A stretch of 64,000 bases of DNA, taken from the NCBI GenBank assembly GCA_964623085.1, contig CAZUTO010000001.1, positions 66,243 through 130,242 on the forward strand. The letters run 5' to 3'. Below the pieces are notes generated by a model. It worked only from the letters and a program-made list of their open reading frames with translations. It did no database searches and was not told the DNA's origin. Source of the DNA: an uncultured Porticoccaceae bacterium (GTDB taxonomy: Bacteria > Pseudomonadota > Gammaproteobacteria > Pseudomonadales > GM7GCV1). How positions within the stretch are numbered: position 1 is the stretch's first letter; every line of letters begins with the position of its first letter. Shown piece by piece: positions 10,783 through 26,368 of the stretch. Both the position numbers and the translations under genes were made by a program.

Positions 10783-12252
10783 ATGCTTCGAATCACAGAA
10801 GACGCATTGACGTTTGACGATATTCTTTTAGTTCCTGACCACTCCGAGGTGGTACCTAAAGATGTAGATGTCCAAACGAAGCTTACGCGCGATATTCGCC
10901 TCAACATGCCACTGCTCTCAGCAGCAATGGATACGGTTACCGAAGCGAACATGGCTATTGCTCTGGCACAAGAAGGTGGGATCGGCGTTATTCATCGTTC
11001 TATGTCCGTTGATGTGCAAGCCGATGAAGTGAGTGCCGTAAAGAAATACGAAAGTGGTGTGGTTAAAGATCCGATTACGATCTCCGAAGATCGGCCAATC
11101 AGTGAACTGCTGGATATTAAGCGTAAATACAATATCTCTGGTGTTCCCGTCGTTACTAATGGTGAGCTATGCGGCATTGTGACCAGCCGCGATGTGCGCT
11201 TTGAAACCAACCTGAAAGCGCCGGTCGCAAGTGTTATGACGCCGAAAGATAAGCTAATCACTGCGCGCGAAGACGCAACCAAAGAAGAAATTCAAAGCTT
11301 GTTACATCAACACCGAATTGAAAAAGTATTGGTAGTGACCGATAACTTCAAACTCGCCGGTCTAGTCACCGTGAAGGATATTGATAAAGCGGCAAGCCAT
11401 CCGAATGCGGCGAAAGATTCTTATGGTCAGTTGTTGGCCGGAGCTTGTGTCGGCACTAGTGGTGAAACAGATGAGCGAGTTGAAGCCTTGTCTGCTGCTG
11501 GTGTGGACGTCATTGTCGTTGATAGTGCTCATGGCCATTCACAGAACGTTCTAGACCGTGTTCGCTGGATCAAATCCAATTTCGCGCACATTCAAGTCAT
11601 TGGTGGAAATATTGCGACAGCGCAAGCGGCTCTTGCGATGAAAGAAGCCGGTGCTGATGCTGTTAAGGTTGGAATTGGACCAGGAAGTATCTGCACGACG
11701 CGAATTGTTGCCGGGGTAGGGGTGCCACAAATCACAGCTATTGCGAATGTAGCGGAGGCGTTAAAGTCATCAGGTATACCTATCATCTCTGACGGTGGTA
11801 TTCGTTACTCTGGTGATCTCGCCAAGGCGATTGTTGCTGGCGCAAATTGCGCTATGATGGGCTCAGTCTTTGCCGGTACCGACGAAGCGCCAGGAGAACT
11901 AGAAATCTACCAAGGTAGAACCTATAAATCGTATCGTGGTATGGGCTCTATTGGTGCTATGGCCAAAACGCAGGGTTCAAGTGATCGGTACTTTCAAGAT
12001 TCTACCGATGGTGCTGACAAACTCGTGCCGGAAGGCATAGAAGGGCGAGTACCCTATAAAGGGCCGGTATCCGTCGTCATTCATCAAATGATGGGTGGAT
12101 TGCGCTCCGCGATGGGTTATACCGGTGCGACTAATATCGAAACCATGCGCACCAAACCTGAGTTTGTTCGTGTTAGCTCAGCTGGGATGAATGAAAGCCA
12201 CGTCCACGATGTTTCGATTACCAAGGAAGCACCTAACTACCCAAGTAGATAG
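10783..12252 (+). CDS. guaB: IMP dehydrogenase
   Basis: 489 aa with a CBS pair and a catalytic loop ([11 protein letters not shown]). Confidence 0.97.
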   Translation: MLRITEDALTFDDILLVPDHSEVVPKDVDVQTKLTRDIRLNMPLLSAAMDTVTEANMAIALAQEGGIGVIHRSMSVDVQADEVSAVKKYESGVVKDPITISEDRPISELLDIKRKYNISGVPVVTNGELCGIVTSRDVRFETNLKAPVASVMTPKDKLITAREDATKEEIQSLLHQHRIEKVLVVTDNFKLAGLVTVKDIDKAASHPNAAKDSYGQLLAGACVGTSGETDERVEALSAAGVDVIVVDSAHGHSQNVLDRVRWIKSNFAHIQVIGGNIATAQAALAMKEAGADAVKVGIGPGSICTTRIVAGVGVPQITAIANVAEALKSSGIPIISDGGIRYSGDLAKAIVAGANCAMMGSVFAGTDEAPGELEIYQGRTYKSYRGMGSIGAMAKTQGSSDRYFQDSTDGADKLVPEGIEGRVPYKGPVSVVIHQMMGGLRSAMGYTGATNIETMRTKPEFVRVSSAGMNESHVHDVSITKEAPNYPSR

Positions 12253-12285
12253 TGAAACAAGCGCCTAAACAAGCGTCTAAATTAG

Positions 12286-12306
12286 CCGCCCTACGGGGCG
12301 GTTTTT
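12286..12306 (+). terminator. GC hairpin plus T-run between guaB and guaA (terminator or attenuator)
   Basis: ccgccc-tacg-gggcgg is followed by ttttt. It sits 20 nt before the guaA start. Confidence 0.5.
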
Positions 12307-12327
12307 GATTAAAAAATAGATAATTTG

Positions 12328-13914
12328 ATGAACGACTCGACAGCTTCCGATATTCACAAACACACCGTTCTTATCGTAGATTTCGGATCTCAATATACTC
12401 AGCTCATTGCTCGGCGAGTTCGAGAGATTGGGGTTTATTCTGAGATCTACGCATATGATTTGTTAGATCAAACCGATCTCAACAACTTTAGTGCTGTGAT
12501 ATTGGCAGGCGGTCCAGAGTCGGCAACCGAGGGAATGGCGTCGCCAAAAGCCGATGAAGCGCTTTTTCAAATGGGCGTGCCTATCCTTGGTATTTGCTAC
12601 GGAATGCAGACGATTGCCGAACAAATGGGCGGCAAAGTGGAAGTCTCCAATACCAGTGAGTTTGGATTCGCGAGAGTGAAGGTTGAAGAACCTTCTCCAT
12701 TGCTAATCGATTTATCAGACCATGCCGAGGGGGGTAGTCAATACCTCGACGTGTGGATGAGCCATGGCGACAAGGTGGTCGAACTTCCAGAAGGATTTCA
12801 AATTCTTGCATCGACGCCGTCTTGCCCCATAGCGGGTATGTTTCATGAAGAAAAACGTATATACGGCGTGCAGTTTCACCCGGAAGTAACCCACACGGTT
12901 CAGGGAGAGCAAATACTCCGCCACTTCGTACTAGATATTTGTGGCTGTGAAGCCAATTGGACCGCCGAAAATATCGTCGAAGATGCGATCGAAAATATTC
13001 GATCCAAAATTGGTAAAAGTAAGGTGTTATTAGGACTAAGTGGTGGCGTTGATTCATCCGTCACAGCGGCGCTGCTCGAGCGGGCTATTGGTGATCAGCT
13101 TGTTTGCGTGTTTGTCGATAATGGCCTGCTGCGCAAATCAGAAGGCGATCAAGTCATGGAAATGTTTGCAGAGCGACGAGGCCTCAATATTATCCGTGTC
13201 GATGCTGAGGCGGAGTTTCTCGGAAAGCTCGCTGGTGTTGAAGATCCTGAGAAAAAACGAAAAGCTATCGGCAATACGTTTATTGATGTGTTCGATCGCG
13301 AAGCAACAAGACTCAATGATGTTAACTGGCTAGCACAGGGAACCATTTACCCCGATGTTATCGAATCCGCGGGTGCTAAATCGGGCAAGGCGCATGTCAT
13401 AAAATCGCACCATAACGTAGGTGGTTTGCCAGATGACATGCGGTTGGAGCTGGTCGAGCCATTACGCGAACTATTTAAAGATGAAGTACGTAAGATTGGG
13501 CTTGAGTTGGGCCTGCCATATGACATGGTATACCGGCACCCATTTCCTGGCCCCGGCCTCGGTGTGCGCATACTCGGAGAAGTAAAAAAGGAATACGCTG
13601 ATTTACTTCGAGAAGCAGATGCCATTTTTATCGAAGAGCTTCATGCTGCCGATCTTTATCACAAGGTGAGTCAGGCTTTTGCCGTATTTTTGCCGGTAAA
13701 GTCTGTGGGTGTTGTTGGCGATGGTCGACGGTATGAATACGTAGTGGCATTGCGTGCAGTCGAAACGCTAGATTTTATGACGGCGCGTTGGGCACATTTA
13801 CCCTACGATTTTCTCGAACATGTCTCCGGCCGTATCATCAATGAGATATCCGGGATCTCTCGGGTTACCTATGATATTTCCAGTAAACCCCCAGCGACGA
13901 TAGAGTGGGAATGA
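12328..13914 (+). CDS. guaA: GMP synthase (glutamine-hydrolysing)
   Basis: GATase domain (GICYGMQ), PP-loop (SGGVDSS) and conserved C-terminus (KPPATIEWE). I prefer the ATG at 12328 over the TTG at 12325. Confidence 0.97.
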   Translation: MNDSTASDIHKHTVLIVDFGSQYTQLIARRVREIGVYSEIYAYDLLDQTDLNNFSAVILAGGPESATEGMASPKADEALFQMGVPILGICYGMQTIAEQMGGKVEVSNTSEFGFARVKVEEPSPLLIDLSDHAEGGSQYLDVWMSHGDKVVELPEGFQILASTPSCPIAGMFHEEKRIYGVQFHPEVTHTVQGEQILRHFVLDICGCEANWTAENIVEDAIENIRSKIGKSKVLLGLSGGVDSSVTAALLERAIGDQLVCVFVDNGLLRKSEGDQVMEMFAERRGLNIIRVDAEAEFLGKLAGVEDPEKKRKAIGNTFIDVFDREATRLNDVNWLAQGTIYPDVIESAGAKSGKAHVIKSHHNVGGLPDDMRLELVEPLRELFKDEVRKIGLELGLPYDMVYRHPFPGPGLGVRILGEVKKEYADLLREADAIFIEELHAADLYHKVSQAFAVFLPVKSVGVVGDGRRYEYVVALRAVETLDFMTARWAHLPYDFLEHVSGRIINEISGISRVTYDISSKPPATIEWE

Positions 13915-14402
13915 TGTCAACAAGCTGGCATTCCATTTTCGTTCTTTCTGAATCTCTTGGTCAGACTCTCAACAAAAAAAATCTAACTTTAGCTACCGCT
14001 GAATCCTGTACCGGCGGTGGAATTGGGTTTGCTATTACCCAAATACCCGGAAGTTCTCAATGGTACCTAGGCGGTATCAACGCCTACTCGAATACAGTAA
14101 AACGGCAGTTGCTTGGTGTGTCTTTAAGTACTATGGAATATCAGGGTGCGGTCAGCCAAGCCGTTGTTGCTCAAATGGCCTTAGGCGTTAACGAGCGCCT
14201 TAGTACGCAGGTTTCGATTGCGACTTCAGGAATTGCTGGCCCGGATGGAGGCTCTGAGGAGAAACCTGTCGGGACGGTTTGTTTTGGTTGGCAAATATTG
14301 GAAGGGAGCCACGCTGAGACCCAAGTGTTTGCCGGTGATAGAGAAGCCGTTCGAATACAATCTATAGAATTTTCCTTAAGAAGACTCATTGAGCTGTTGT
14401 AA
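13911..14402 (+). CDS. pncC: CinA C-terminal-domain protein / nicotinamide-nucleotide amidohydrolase PncC-like
   Basis: [10 protein letters not shown] motif. It sits immediately upstream of recA, as in many Proteobacteria. The ATG overlaps the guaA stop (ATGA). Confidence 0.85.
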   Translation: MMSTSWHSIFVLSESLGQTLNKKNLTLATAESCTGGGIGFAITQIPGSSQWYLGGINAYSNTVKRQLLGVSLSTMEYQGAVSQAVVAQMALGVNERLSTQVSIATSGIAGPDGGSEEKPVGTVCFGWQILEGSHAETQVFAGDREAVRIQSIEFSLRRLIELL

Positions 14403-14425
14403 TTCTAAATTAGCTAAAACATAAT
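14397..14425 (+). promoter_or_regulatory. Putative sigma70 promoter of recA
   Basis: TTGTAA, 17 nt, CATAAT. The LexA box lies directly downstream. Confidence 0.5.
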
Positions 14426-14427
14426 AG

Positions 14428-14443
14428 CTGTAAATCTATACAG
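14428..14443. promoter_or_regulatory. LexA (SOS) box upstream of recA
   Basis: CTGTAAATCTATACAG matches the gammaproteobacterial CTGT-N8-ACAG consensus. It lies 49 nt upstream of the recA ATG. Confidence 0.8.
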
Positions 14444-14491
14444 TACAGCGAAAGCTATCTAATAATTTCGAATATCGGTGGAGAGACGACT

Positions 14492-15553
14492 ATGGACCCC
14501 AATAAGCAAAAAGCACTGGACGCAGCATTAGGTCAAATCGAGCGGCAGTTCGGTAAAGGTACAGTAATGCGTATGGGTGATAGCGAACGCCAAGCTATCC
14601 CATCATTTTCTACAGGTTCACTTGGTCTAGATATAGCACTAGGCATAGGTGGATTACCGCGCGGAAGGATTGTTGAGGTCTATGGTCCAGAAAGCTCAGG
14701 TAAAACAACGTTGACGCTTTCGACTATCGCTCAAGCGCAGAAACAAGGTGCTACCTGCGCGTTTGTCGATGCAGAGCATGCACTCGATCCTATTTACGCG
14801 GAAAAGCTGGGCGTCAATATCGATGATCTCATTATTTCTCAGCCGGATACCGGTGAGCAAGCACTTGAAGTCTGTGACATGTTAGTACGATCTGGCGCGA
14901 TTGATATGCTGGTTGTTGACTCAGTAGCAGCACTGGTACCAAAAGCTGAAATTGAAGGCGATATGGGCGATTCTCATATGGGATTGCAGGCTCGCCTTAT
15001 GTCTCAGGCTTTGCGTAAGCTTACTGGCAGTATTAAGCAGGCTAATTGTCTGTGTGTATTTATTAACCAAATTCGAATGAAGATAGGCGTGATGTTTGGT
15101 AACCCCGAAACTACAACGGGGGGCAATGCGCTGAAGTTCTATTCGTCTGTTAGATTGGATATTCGTCGTATAGGCGCTGTTAAAGACGGCGACGAGATAG
15201 TTGGCAATGAGACGCGAGTCAAAGTGGTGAAGAACAAGGTTGCGCCGCCATTCAAGCAAGTCGAATTTCACATTATGTATGGCACTGGAATAAACCAGCT
15301 TGCAGAAATTGTTGATCTTGGCGTGAAATACGGATTTGTTGAAAAATCTGGAGCTTGGTACGCCTATCAAGGTGAGAAAATCGGGCAAGGTAAAGCGAAT
15401 GCAGCGCAGTATCTTAGTGAGAACCCAGAGTTGAAAGAGACGATTGAAAAGCAAATCAAGGACACTGCGATGGGAGTCGAAACCGAGGATAAACAAGATT
15501 CGGGAAGCGATGATGTGCCGCTAGCCAATGAGGGTGGGGTAGTAGAGAAATAG
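14492..15553 (+). CDS. recA: Recombinase RecA
   Basis: 353 aa. Walker [10 protein letters not shown]; near-identical core to E. coli RecA. Confidence 0.98.
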   Translation: MDPNKQKALDAALGQIERQFGKGTVMRMGDSERQAIPSFSTGSLGLDIALGIGGLPRGRIVEVYGPESSGKTTLTLSTIAQAQKQGATCAFVDAEHALDPIYAEKLGVNIDDLIISQPDTGEQALEVCDMLVRSGAIDMLVVDSVAALVPKAEIEGDMGDSHMGLQARLMSQALRKLTGSIKQANCLCVFINQIRMKIGVMFGNPETTTGGNALKFYSSVRLDIRRIGAVKDGDEIVGNETRVKVVKNKVAPPFKQVEFHIMYGTGINQLAEIVDLGVKYGFVEKSGAWYAYQGEKIGQGKANAAQYLSENPELKETIEKQIKDTAMGVETEDKQDSGSDDVPLANEGGVVEK

Positions 15554-15593
15554 CCGGAGAGCCATCTATTTTTGCGGAAGCAGCTTAAAAATA

Positions 15594-15627
15594 AAGGCCA
15601 CCTAAAACTAGGTGGCCTTTGTTTTTT
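15594..15627. terminator. Bidirectional rho-independent terminator (recA on plus strand, purB on minus strand)
   Basis: aaggccacc-taaaacta-ggtggcctt is flanked by an A-run upstream and tgtttttt downstream. Confidence 0.8.
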
Positions 15628-15797
15628 GGAAGGCCCGTTTTTTACATCCTATATATGCTGTTGGTACGTCCTTGTCGGTGCTATCCTTGGCACCTAGTTT
15701 TCTCCTGATTGAGCCTTCCATGGCATCAAGCCAGAGGCTATCTTACAAAAACGTAAGTCTAACTGACACTATCCATAGGGCTAGTCTGACAATGGCG

Positions 15798-17814
<2,017 letters not shown>

Positions 17815-17843
17815 CGGTGGGGATATCCAATGTATTAGGTTCA

Positions 17844-18938
17844 CTAATAAGTCGCCTCTATCACGCCGCCCCCAAGACAATACTCGTCGTCATATAGCAC
17901 GACCGATTGTCCTGGCGTGACCGCGCGCTGCGGGTCTTTGAACTCGACATGCCATTTATCGTCTTCAAAAAATACTCGACATGCTTGATCGGCCTGACGA
18001 TATCTCGTTTTTGCATTGCACTTAAAATCCTTTTGTAAGGGCGCACCATTGATAAAATGAACGTCTGACACTGTCAGAGCCTGACTGTATAAATGTGTAT
18101 TGTTAGCACCTTGATCCACAAGCAGCACATTCTTTTCGACATCTTTTCCAACCACATACCATGCGGCTTCCTGACTGCCTTTGATACCACCGATACGGAG
18201 CCCCTGACGCTGGCCGAGGGTGTAAAACATCAGACCATCGTGCTTACCGACGACATCACCCGTTACCGTCTTGATATCACCCTCTTTGGTGGGGATATAG
18301 CTCTCTAAGAAATCCTTAAAACGACGTTCACCAATAAAGCAAATGCCAGTACTGTCCTTTTTATTATGAGTGATAAAGCCCTTCGCCTTAGCAATAGCTC
18401 TTACTTCTTGTTTCTCGAGTTCACCGAGGGGGAAAAGAGTGCGGGAAAAAGCTGCTTCGTCCACGGCATGTAAGAAATAGCTTTGGTCTTTGCTAGCATC
18501 TTTGCCTTTGAGCAGCTTTGTCGTTTCGGTGCCAGCGTCGAGCCGTGCGTAGTGACCCGTGGCAATGAAGTTACCGCCTAGTAGCTCTGCATATTCTAGA
18601 AACACTTTAAATTTGATTTCTCGATTGCACAGGATATCTGGATTGGGCGTGCGATAGGCGCGGTATTCCGAAAGAAAGTGCTCAAAGACATTATCCCAAT
18701 AATCACCGGCAAAGTTTGCGATATGTAATTTGATTCCAAGTTTGTCACAGACTTGCTGCGCATCGCTTAAATCTTGTTTCGCTGTGCAATATTCGGTGCC
18801 ATCGTCTTCCTCCCAGTTTTTCATAAACAAGCCTTCAACTTTATAGCCTTGTTCTAATAGCAACCAAGCCGCGACCGAAGAGTCCACACCGCCGGACATG
18901 CCTGCGATCACTTTGTCGTTACTATTCTTTTTGGTCAT
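17844..18938 (-). CDS. mnmA: tRNA 2-thiouridine(34) synthase
   Basis: PP-loop [10 protein letters not shown], conserved Cys residues, C-terminal GGGVIE. Confidence 0.95.
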   Translation of the reverse strand: MTKKNSNDKVIAGMSGGVDSSVAAWLLLEQGYKVEGLFMKNWEEDDGTEYCTAKQDLSDAQQVCDKLGIKLHIANFAGDYWDNVFEHFLSEYRAYRTPNPDILCNREIKFKVFLEYAELLGGNFIATGHYARLDAGTETTKLLKGKDASKDQSYFLHAVDEAAFSRTLFPLGELEKQEVRAIAKAKGFITHNKKDSTGICFIGERRFKDFLESYIPTKEGDIKTVTGDVVGKHDGLMFYTLGQRQGLRIGGIKGSQEAAWYVVGKDVEKNVLLVDQGANNTHLYSQALTVSDVHFINGAPLQKDFKCNAKTRYRQADQACRVFFEDDKWHVEFKDPQRAVTPGQSVVLYDDEYCLGGGVIEATY

Positions 18939-18989
18939 ATTCTCTAGGTTATTAATGCTGGCTGAAGTGCCAATTTAGGCGACTGTATT

Positions 18990-19430
18990 CTATGAGCTTT
19001 CCTGAATCATTTCTAAAGGAAATCGCTGACCAGATAGATACCGGTCAACATCCATTTGAACGAGATGGCTGCGATGGTTTTTTGCGTTGCATACTTCCTC
19101 TGGGGTCATCCAAGCGATGCACTCGATATCGGGGTCTAAGTTAGAAGAGGGGGTCTGTTCAGGGCAATGAGCCAAGAAGCTAATACGGTGATAGGTCACG
19201 CCATTTGGAGCCGGATACGCTGACATACCTAGAACCGCTTCCAACTCCACATTGTGACCCGTTTCTTCATAGGTTTCACGTAACGCAGCGCCTTTGAATG
19301 TCTCACCGGGTTCGATGTGACCGGCGGGCTGATTGATCACGAGTTTGTTGTTCTGATACTCCTGCACCATGAGCATTTTTCCATCTCTAATACATGTAGT
19401 GGCCACCGTTAGATGGATTTTATCTGGCAT
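18990..19430 (-). CDS. nudJ: NUDIX hydrolase, NudJ-like
   Basis: Nudix box GHIEPGETFKGAALRETYEETG. The C-terminus (YLSGQRFPLEMI) resembles E. coli NudJ. Synteny with mnmA is conserved. I prefer the ATG at 19430 (MPDKIHLTV). Confidence 0.8.
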   Translation of the reverse strand: MPDKIHLTVATTCIRDGKMLMVQEYQNNKLVINQPAGHIEPGETFKGAALRETYEETGHNVELEAVLGMSAYPAPNGVTYHRISFLAHCPEQTPSSNLDPDIECIAWMTPEEVCNAKNHRSHLVQMDVDRYLSGQRFPLEMIQESS

Positions 19431-19620
19431 TCTTTCATCCTCATCAGTTTGAGTCGCTTTAGATCGCCCATTCAACTATTTTTGGTCGTTGCTTTCATGT
19501 AGAATTTTCGGCGCAAAATCTACTCCTGATTTAAGGGGTATCTAAATCGAGCATTGAAGCGTTAGCGTTCAGTTTGCATATCAAAACGCTGGTGACAATT
19601 TTGGCATTTCTAAGACGTAA

Positions 19621-21870
<2,250 letters not shown>

Positions 21871-21905
21871 GGCTAAATTACAAAGTTACTAGTTCTGCAA
21901 TAAGG

Positions 21906-21937
21906 AACTCTGCGCTTTGAATGAAAAGCGCAGAGTT
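21906..21937. terminator. Bidirectional terminator between the convergent idh and cspD genes
   Basis: 13-bp perfect stem aactctgcgcttt / aaagcgcagagtt with the loop gaatga. Confidence 0.75.
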
Positions 21938-21955
21938 TATGGACAAAACGATAGG

Positions 21956-22222
21956 CTAGCCCGTGGCAAGCTTAACCATTGGTTCTTCTAATTGCGTTTC
22001 GGTGCTAGTTGCTGCTGCTTCGATAGGCTGAATACTGGCGGCATGGCGCCCTTTGTCACCGTCAACTAGCTCATATTGCACTTGTTGACCCGCTTTCAGC
22101 GTTTTATACCCTTCCATTTCTATTGCAGAATAGTGCGCAAAAACATCGGATTCAGCGTCTTCTGGCAGGATGAAGCCAAATCCTTTTGCGTTGTTAAACC
22201 ATTTTACGATTCCATTTGGCAT
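21956..22222 (-). CDS. cspD: Cold-shock-domain protein CspD-like
   Basis: GIVKWFNNAKGFGFI and DVFAHYS RNP motifs. Adjacent to and divergent from clpS, as in E. coli. Confidence 0.9.
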   Translation of the reverse strand: MPNGIVKWFNNAKGFGFILPEDAESDVFAHYSAIEMEGYKTLKAGQQVQYELVDGDKGRHAASIQPIEAAATSTETQLEEPMVKLATG

Positions 22223-22473
22223 GTACAACCCCCCCTTTTCTACATGACTCTATTAGGCTCTTATTGCCAACTTGTTAGGAAAGCAGTTGGATCCTATTAA
22301 CTCTTATTAACCGTAATACTAATTGAATAATCATCAAATTAGTATCTTTTATCGTTTCGTTCGATTTACTGTAACGATCTGAATTCCTGAACAAAAAGTT
22401 GCACTCTTTCTCATTTTTAGAATTAAGCATTCGCAACATTATTAAGGTCGGTATGATGGGTTAGAATGAGATT

Positions 22474-22830
22474 ATGCATTCACCCAAGCTGTCAGAAGAC
22501 GATCAAGCTAATTCCGATTATGAGAGCAATTCTGTTGTTGAACTCTCAAAGCCCAAGCTGCGCAGGCCGCAGCAATATAGGGTGCTATTAGTTAATGATG
22601 ATTACACGCCGATGGAATTTGTGGTCGAAATATTGGAACGATTTTTTTCCAAGAATCGGACAGAAGCGACGCAAATCATGTTGACGATTCATACCCAAGG
22701 GAAGGGAGTCTGTGGTATCTATCCGAGAGATATTGCAGAAACTAAAGCGACGCTCGTTAACAAGTATTCACGCGAGAATGAGCACCCACTTTTGTGTGAA
22801 ACGGAACCCTTGGATGAACCGGAAGACTAA
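22474..22830 (+). CDS. clpS: ATP-dependent Clp protease adaptor ClpS
   Basis: Core [17 protein letters not shown]...[14 protein letters not shown]. Confidence 0.95.
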   Translation: MHSPKLSEDDQANSDYESNSVVELSKPKLRRPQQYRVLLVNDDYTPMEFVVEILERFFSKNRTEATQIMLTIHTQGKGVCGIYPRDIAETKATLVNKYSRENEHPLLCETEPLDEPED

Positions 22831-22863
22831 TGTTAGTAAGTACTAAGCGAGAGAGTAAATAAG

Positions 22864-25173
22864 ATGCTAAGCCGTGATTTAGAACTTTCGTTGAATATGG
22901 CATTTAAAGAAGCCAAAGCGCATAACCATGAGTTTATGACGGTTGAGCATTTACTATTGGCTTTGTTAGATAACCAATCAGCTGTCGACGTGCTAGCAGC
23001 ATGCGGCGCAGATCTGTTTGCCCTGAGGGAGCAGTTGGTAACCTACATAGCAGACAGCACACCGATATTAGAAAATATCGAAGAAGATCGAGAAGTTCAG
23101 CCTACGCTTGGTTTTCAGCGCGTTCTTCAGCGAGCTATTTTCCATGTTCAGTCTTCCGGAAATCAAGAATGCACCGGCGCTAATGCGTTGGTCGCGATCT
23201 TTAGCGAGCAAGAAAGTCAGGCTGTCTATCTGCTCGTGCTGCAAGATATTCAACGTGTGGATGTCGTCAACTATCTCAGCCACGGTTATACCAAAGATTC
23301 AGCGGAAGGCGAGGACCCTGATACCGAATCGGAGCCGCCGGCTTCCCCTAACGTCGGGGAAGGGGGTGAGGAGAAGGCCAGCAAGCGTCCTTTGGATCTT
23401 TATGCCGAGAACTTGAATCAACGGGCAATAGAAGATGGGATTGACCCGCTTGTAGGCCGTTCAGAAGAAATTGGCCGAATTACGCAAATACTTGCTCGTC
23501 GTAGAAAGAATAATCCTCTATTGGTGGGAGAGAGCGGGGTTGGTAAAACAGCTATCGCCGAAGGTCTGGCGCGAATGATCGTTGAAGAAAAAGTGCCAGA
23601 TATTTTGCTCGAGAGTACTGTCTATTCGTTGGATTTAGGTGGTTTGTTGGCGGGCACAAAATATCGGGGAGATTTCGAGAAACGCTTCAAAGGTGTACTG
23701 GCGAATCTTACTGAAGAAAAGGACTCTATTCTTTTTATCGACGAAATCCATACCATTATTGGCGCTGGTGCTGCGTCTGGTGGAGTGATGGATGCATCTA
23801 ATTTGCTTAAGCCACTCCTTACAACAGGTAAAATTCGCTTGATTGGTTCGACTACCTATCAAGAATATCGTGGTATTTTTGAGAAGGATCGTGCGCTGTC
23901 GCGTCGGTTCCAAAAGGTCGATGTGCCGGAACCCAATGTCGATGAAACCTTCCAGATTCTCAAGGGATTAAAATCGCGTTACGAAGACCATTATGGCTTG
24001 CGCTACATGGATAAGGCTTTGCGGTCGGCAGCGGAACTATCGGCTCGACACCTTACAGATCGCTTTTTGCCGGATAAGGCCATTGATATTATCGATGAAG
24101 CAGGGGCGTACCAGCAGCTACAGCCGAAGAGCAAGAAGAAAAAAAGTATTGGTGTATCTGATATCGAGTATATCGTTAGTAAGATTGCTCGTATTCCACC
24201 GCGTTCTGTATCTAGCTCCGACAAAGAACAACTGCGAGGACTGGAAGAACAACTCAAGATGGTGGTTTTCGGTCAGTCTGAAGCCATATCGGCCATTGCC
24301 AACGCTATCAAGCTATCTCGAGCTGGTCTAAAAACAGGCGAAAAACCGATAGGCAGCTTTTTGTTTGCTGGCCCGACAGGTGTAGGTAAGACAGAGGTCT
24401 GCCGTCAGTTAGCGTCCTTGCTCGGTATCGAGCTCGTTCGTTTTGATATGTCTGAATATATGGAGCGCCATACGGTCTCAAGATTGATTGGTGCGCCTCC
24501 GGGTTACGTAGGGTTTGATCAAGGAGGCTTGCTGACTGATGCGGTCACCAAACACCCGCATTCGGTTGTTTTACTTGATGAAGTCGAAAAGGCTCACCCT
24601 GAGGTGTTTAATCTGCTGTTACAGGTAATGGACCACGGTACGTTGACAGATAACAACGGCCGCAAAGCTGATTTTCGTAACGTCATCCTCGTGATGACGA
24701 GTAACGCGGGCGGCCAGTCGTTGAGCCGTTCATCGATGGGCTTTACTAAACAAGATCATAGCTCGGACGCGATGGAAATTATCAAAAAATCCTTTAGCCC
24801 TGAATTTAGAAATCGGCTGGATGCGATCGTACAATTTAAACCGCTTCAGTTGGATGTTGTGAAGACCGTCGTTGATAAGTTTCTGGTTGAACTACAGACT
24901 CAGATTGATGATAAAGGTGTCACCATTGATGTCACTGAAGAGGCGAGAACTTGGCTCGCGGAACAAGGTTACGATGAGACGATGGGCGCGAGACCGTTAG
25001 CGCGTCTGATCGATGAACTGATCAAGAAACCTCTGGCAGATGAAATCTTATTCGGCGCGTTAGAACAGGGTGGCACGGTATCCATCGAAATTCGAGATAA
25101 CGAATTATCATTGGACTTTTCCGAGAAAAAAAGCGAACCGCCAAGTAAAAAGACTGAATTGATTTCTCGGTGA
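22864..25173 (+). CDS. clpA: ATP-dependent Clp protease ATP-binding subunit ClpA
   Basis: 769 aa with two AAA+ modules (GESGVGKT, GPTGVGKT). Confidence 0.97.
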   Translation: MLSRDLELSLNMAFKEAKAHNHEFMTVEHLLLALLDNQSAVDVLAACGADLFALREQLVTYIADSTPILENIEEDREVQPTLGFQRVLQRAIFHVQSSGNQECTGANALVAIFSEQESQAVYLLVLQDIQRVDVVNYLSHGYTKDSAEGEDPDTESEPPASPNVGEGGEEKASKRPLDLYAENLNQRAIEDGIDPLVGRSEEIGRITQILARRRKNNPLLVGESGVGKTAIAEGLARMIVEEKVPDILLESTVYSLDLGGLLAGTKYRGDFEKRFKGVLANLTEEKDSILFIDEIHTIIGAGAASGGVMDASNLLKPLLTTGKIRLIGSTTYQEYRGIFEKDRALSRRFQKVDVPEPNVDETFQILKGLKSRYEDHYGLRYMDKALRSAAELSARHLTDRFLPDKAIDIIDEAGAYQQLQPKSKKKKSIGVSDIEYIVSKIARIPPRSVSSSDKEQLRGLEEQLKMVVFGQSEAISAIANAIKLSRAGLKTGEKPIGSFLFAGPTGVGKTEVCRQLASLLGIELVRFDMSEYMERHTVSRLIGAPPGYVGFDQGGLLTDAVTKHPHSVVLLDEVEKAHPEVFNLLLQVMDHGTLTDNNGRKADFRNVILVMTSNAGGQSLSRSSMGFTKQDHSSDAMEIIKKSFSPEFRNRLDAIVQFKPLQLDVVKTVVDKFLVELQTQIDDKGVTIDVTEEARTWLAEQGYDETMGARPLARLIDELIKKPLADEILFGALEQGGTVSIEIRDNELSLDFSEKKSEPPSKKTELISR

Positions 25174-25209
25174 GCTAAAAAGCCCAGTGAACTAAAATAG
25201 ACGGGTAGG

Positions 25210-25428
25210 TCAGCGAGATCGGAAGGTGATTCTGCCTTTAGTTAGGTCATAGGGAGTCATTTCGACTTTGACCTTGTCGCCCGTAAGGATGCGAATGTAG
25301 TTCTTACGCATCTTTCCAGAAATATGCGCAATAATAATATGGTCGTTTTCTAAACGAACCCGAAAAGTCGTATTTGGAAGGGTGTCTATCACCTCTCCAT
25401 CAAACTCAATGACGTCATCTTTCGCCAT
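25210..25428 (-). CDS. infA: Translation initiation factor IF-1
   Basis: 72 aa, [30 protein letters not shown]... Confidence 0.98.
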   Translation of the reverse strand: MAKDDVIEFDGEVIDTLPNTTFRVRLENDHIIIAHISGKMRKNYIRILTGDKVKVEMTPYDLTKGRITFRSR

Positions 25429-25507
25429 TCAGGGATTAACTCCTATGTTTTAAGAGGGCGGCATTTTGCCCGAATTCTATGACCGACGCAAAGAGACTGG
25501 TGTAAAA

Positions 25508-25532
25508 GGTACAAAAACTAGGTTTAGGTACC
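25508..25532 (-). terminator. Weak hairpin downstream of bpt
   Basis: On the minus strand, ggtacc..gtttttgtacc is followed by tttta. The stem is imperfect. Confidence 0.3.
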
Positions 25533-25599
25533 GTTGATAGTATTGCTATTGATCCCGCACAATACCAACAATCACCTGGCTATTAGCAACAGGACGTGA

Positions 25600-26307
25600 T
25601 CAGTCATATCTATACCAAGCCCCATCTTCAAACACGTGATAGGGTTTGAAATTGGATTTGTAGTTCATTTTGTTGCAGTTCTGAACCCAAAAACCGAGGT
25701 ATAGATAGGGAATTTTTCTGCTTTGAGCATACTTCAATTGCCAAAGGATGGCGTAGGTTCCCAAACTTCGATGTTCAAGGTTCGGATCATAGAATGTATA
25801 GATGGCGGATAAAACATCCGTTAACTCATCCATGACACTGACCATCACTAGCTGTTCTCCTTCAAAAAACTCGACGTAGCGAACAAAGGCAGAAGCGCTG
25901 CCCAAAAAACTCTCGTATTGGTCTGGAATAGGGGGATACATATCGCCGTCACGATGTCTCGCGGCGATGTACTCTGAATAAAGTTCATAATAAGAGCTGA
26001 TGTCTGCTTCTGGATTGATTCGTGCTCTCAGCGTCTTATTTTTGGATAAGCAGCGCTTTTGAGATCGACTTGGCTTGAATTCGTTTGCACAAATGCGCAG
26101 AGATTTGCAGCCTTTGCAGCTACTGCATTGTGGCCGATAGTAGTAGTCGCCGCTGCGACGGAAGCCTTGTTGGTTAAGAGAAGAATAGATGGGCTCAGAT
26201 ACCGCAATCTTGGGATCGACAAAAGCAGTTTGGGCAATTTTATCCGGAAGGTAGCTGCACTGGTGCTCTTCTGTCAGATAAAGTGAAATACGTTCTGGCT
26301 GGCTCAT
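25600..26307 (-). CDS. bpt: ATE1-homolog aminoacyl-tRNA-protein transferase (Bpt, aspartate/glutamate leucyltransferase)
   Basis: 235 aa. N-terminal Cys-rich region (CSYLP...RPQCSSCKGCKSLR), FRRSG motif, ATE C-terminal domain. Confidence 0.88.
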   Translation of the reverse strand: MSQPERISLYLTEEHQCSYLPDKIAQTAFVDPKIAVSEPIYSSLNQQGFRRSGDYYYRPQCSSCKGCKSLRICANEFKPSRSQKRCLSKNKTLRARINPEADISSYYELYSEYIAARHRDGDMYPPIPDQYESFLGSASAFVRYVEFFEGEQLVMVSVMDELTDVLSAIYTFYDPNLEHRSLGTYAILWQLKYAQSRKIPYLYLGFWVQNCNKMNYKSNFKPYHVFEDGAWYRYD

Positions 26308-26368
26308 TGTCTCTATATCGGCCTAGTTAAATCATCACTTGTCGGTTTTTAAGGTACCCGTTTCAGGC

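Noticed and set aside
14921-15496. 191-aa antisense ORF inside recA. Similar long antisense ORFs occur at 12581-13057 (guaA), 31777-32256 (rarA), 56538-57008 (pheS), 53205-53639 (thrS/tRNA-Val) and 36924-37244 (gor).
   Set aside because: Each lies entirely opposite a highly conserved, confidently identified gene. Each has a low-complexity or hydrophobic-poor composition with no recognisable motif and no plausible RBS. This is typical of shadow ORFs.
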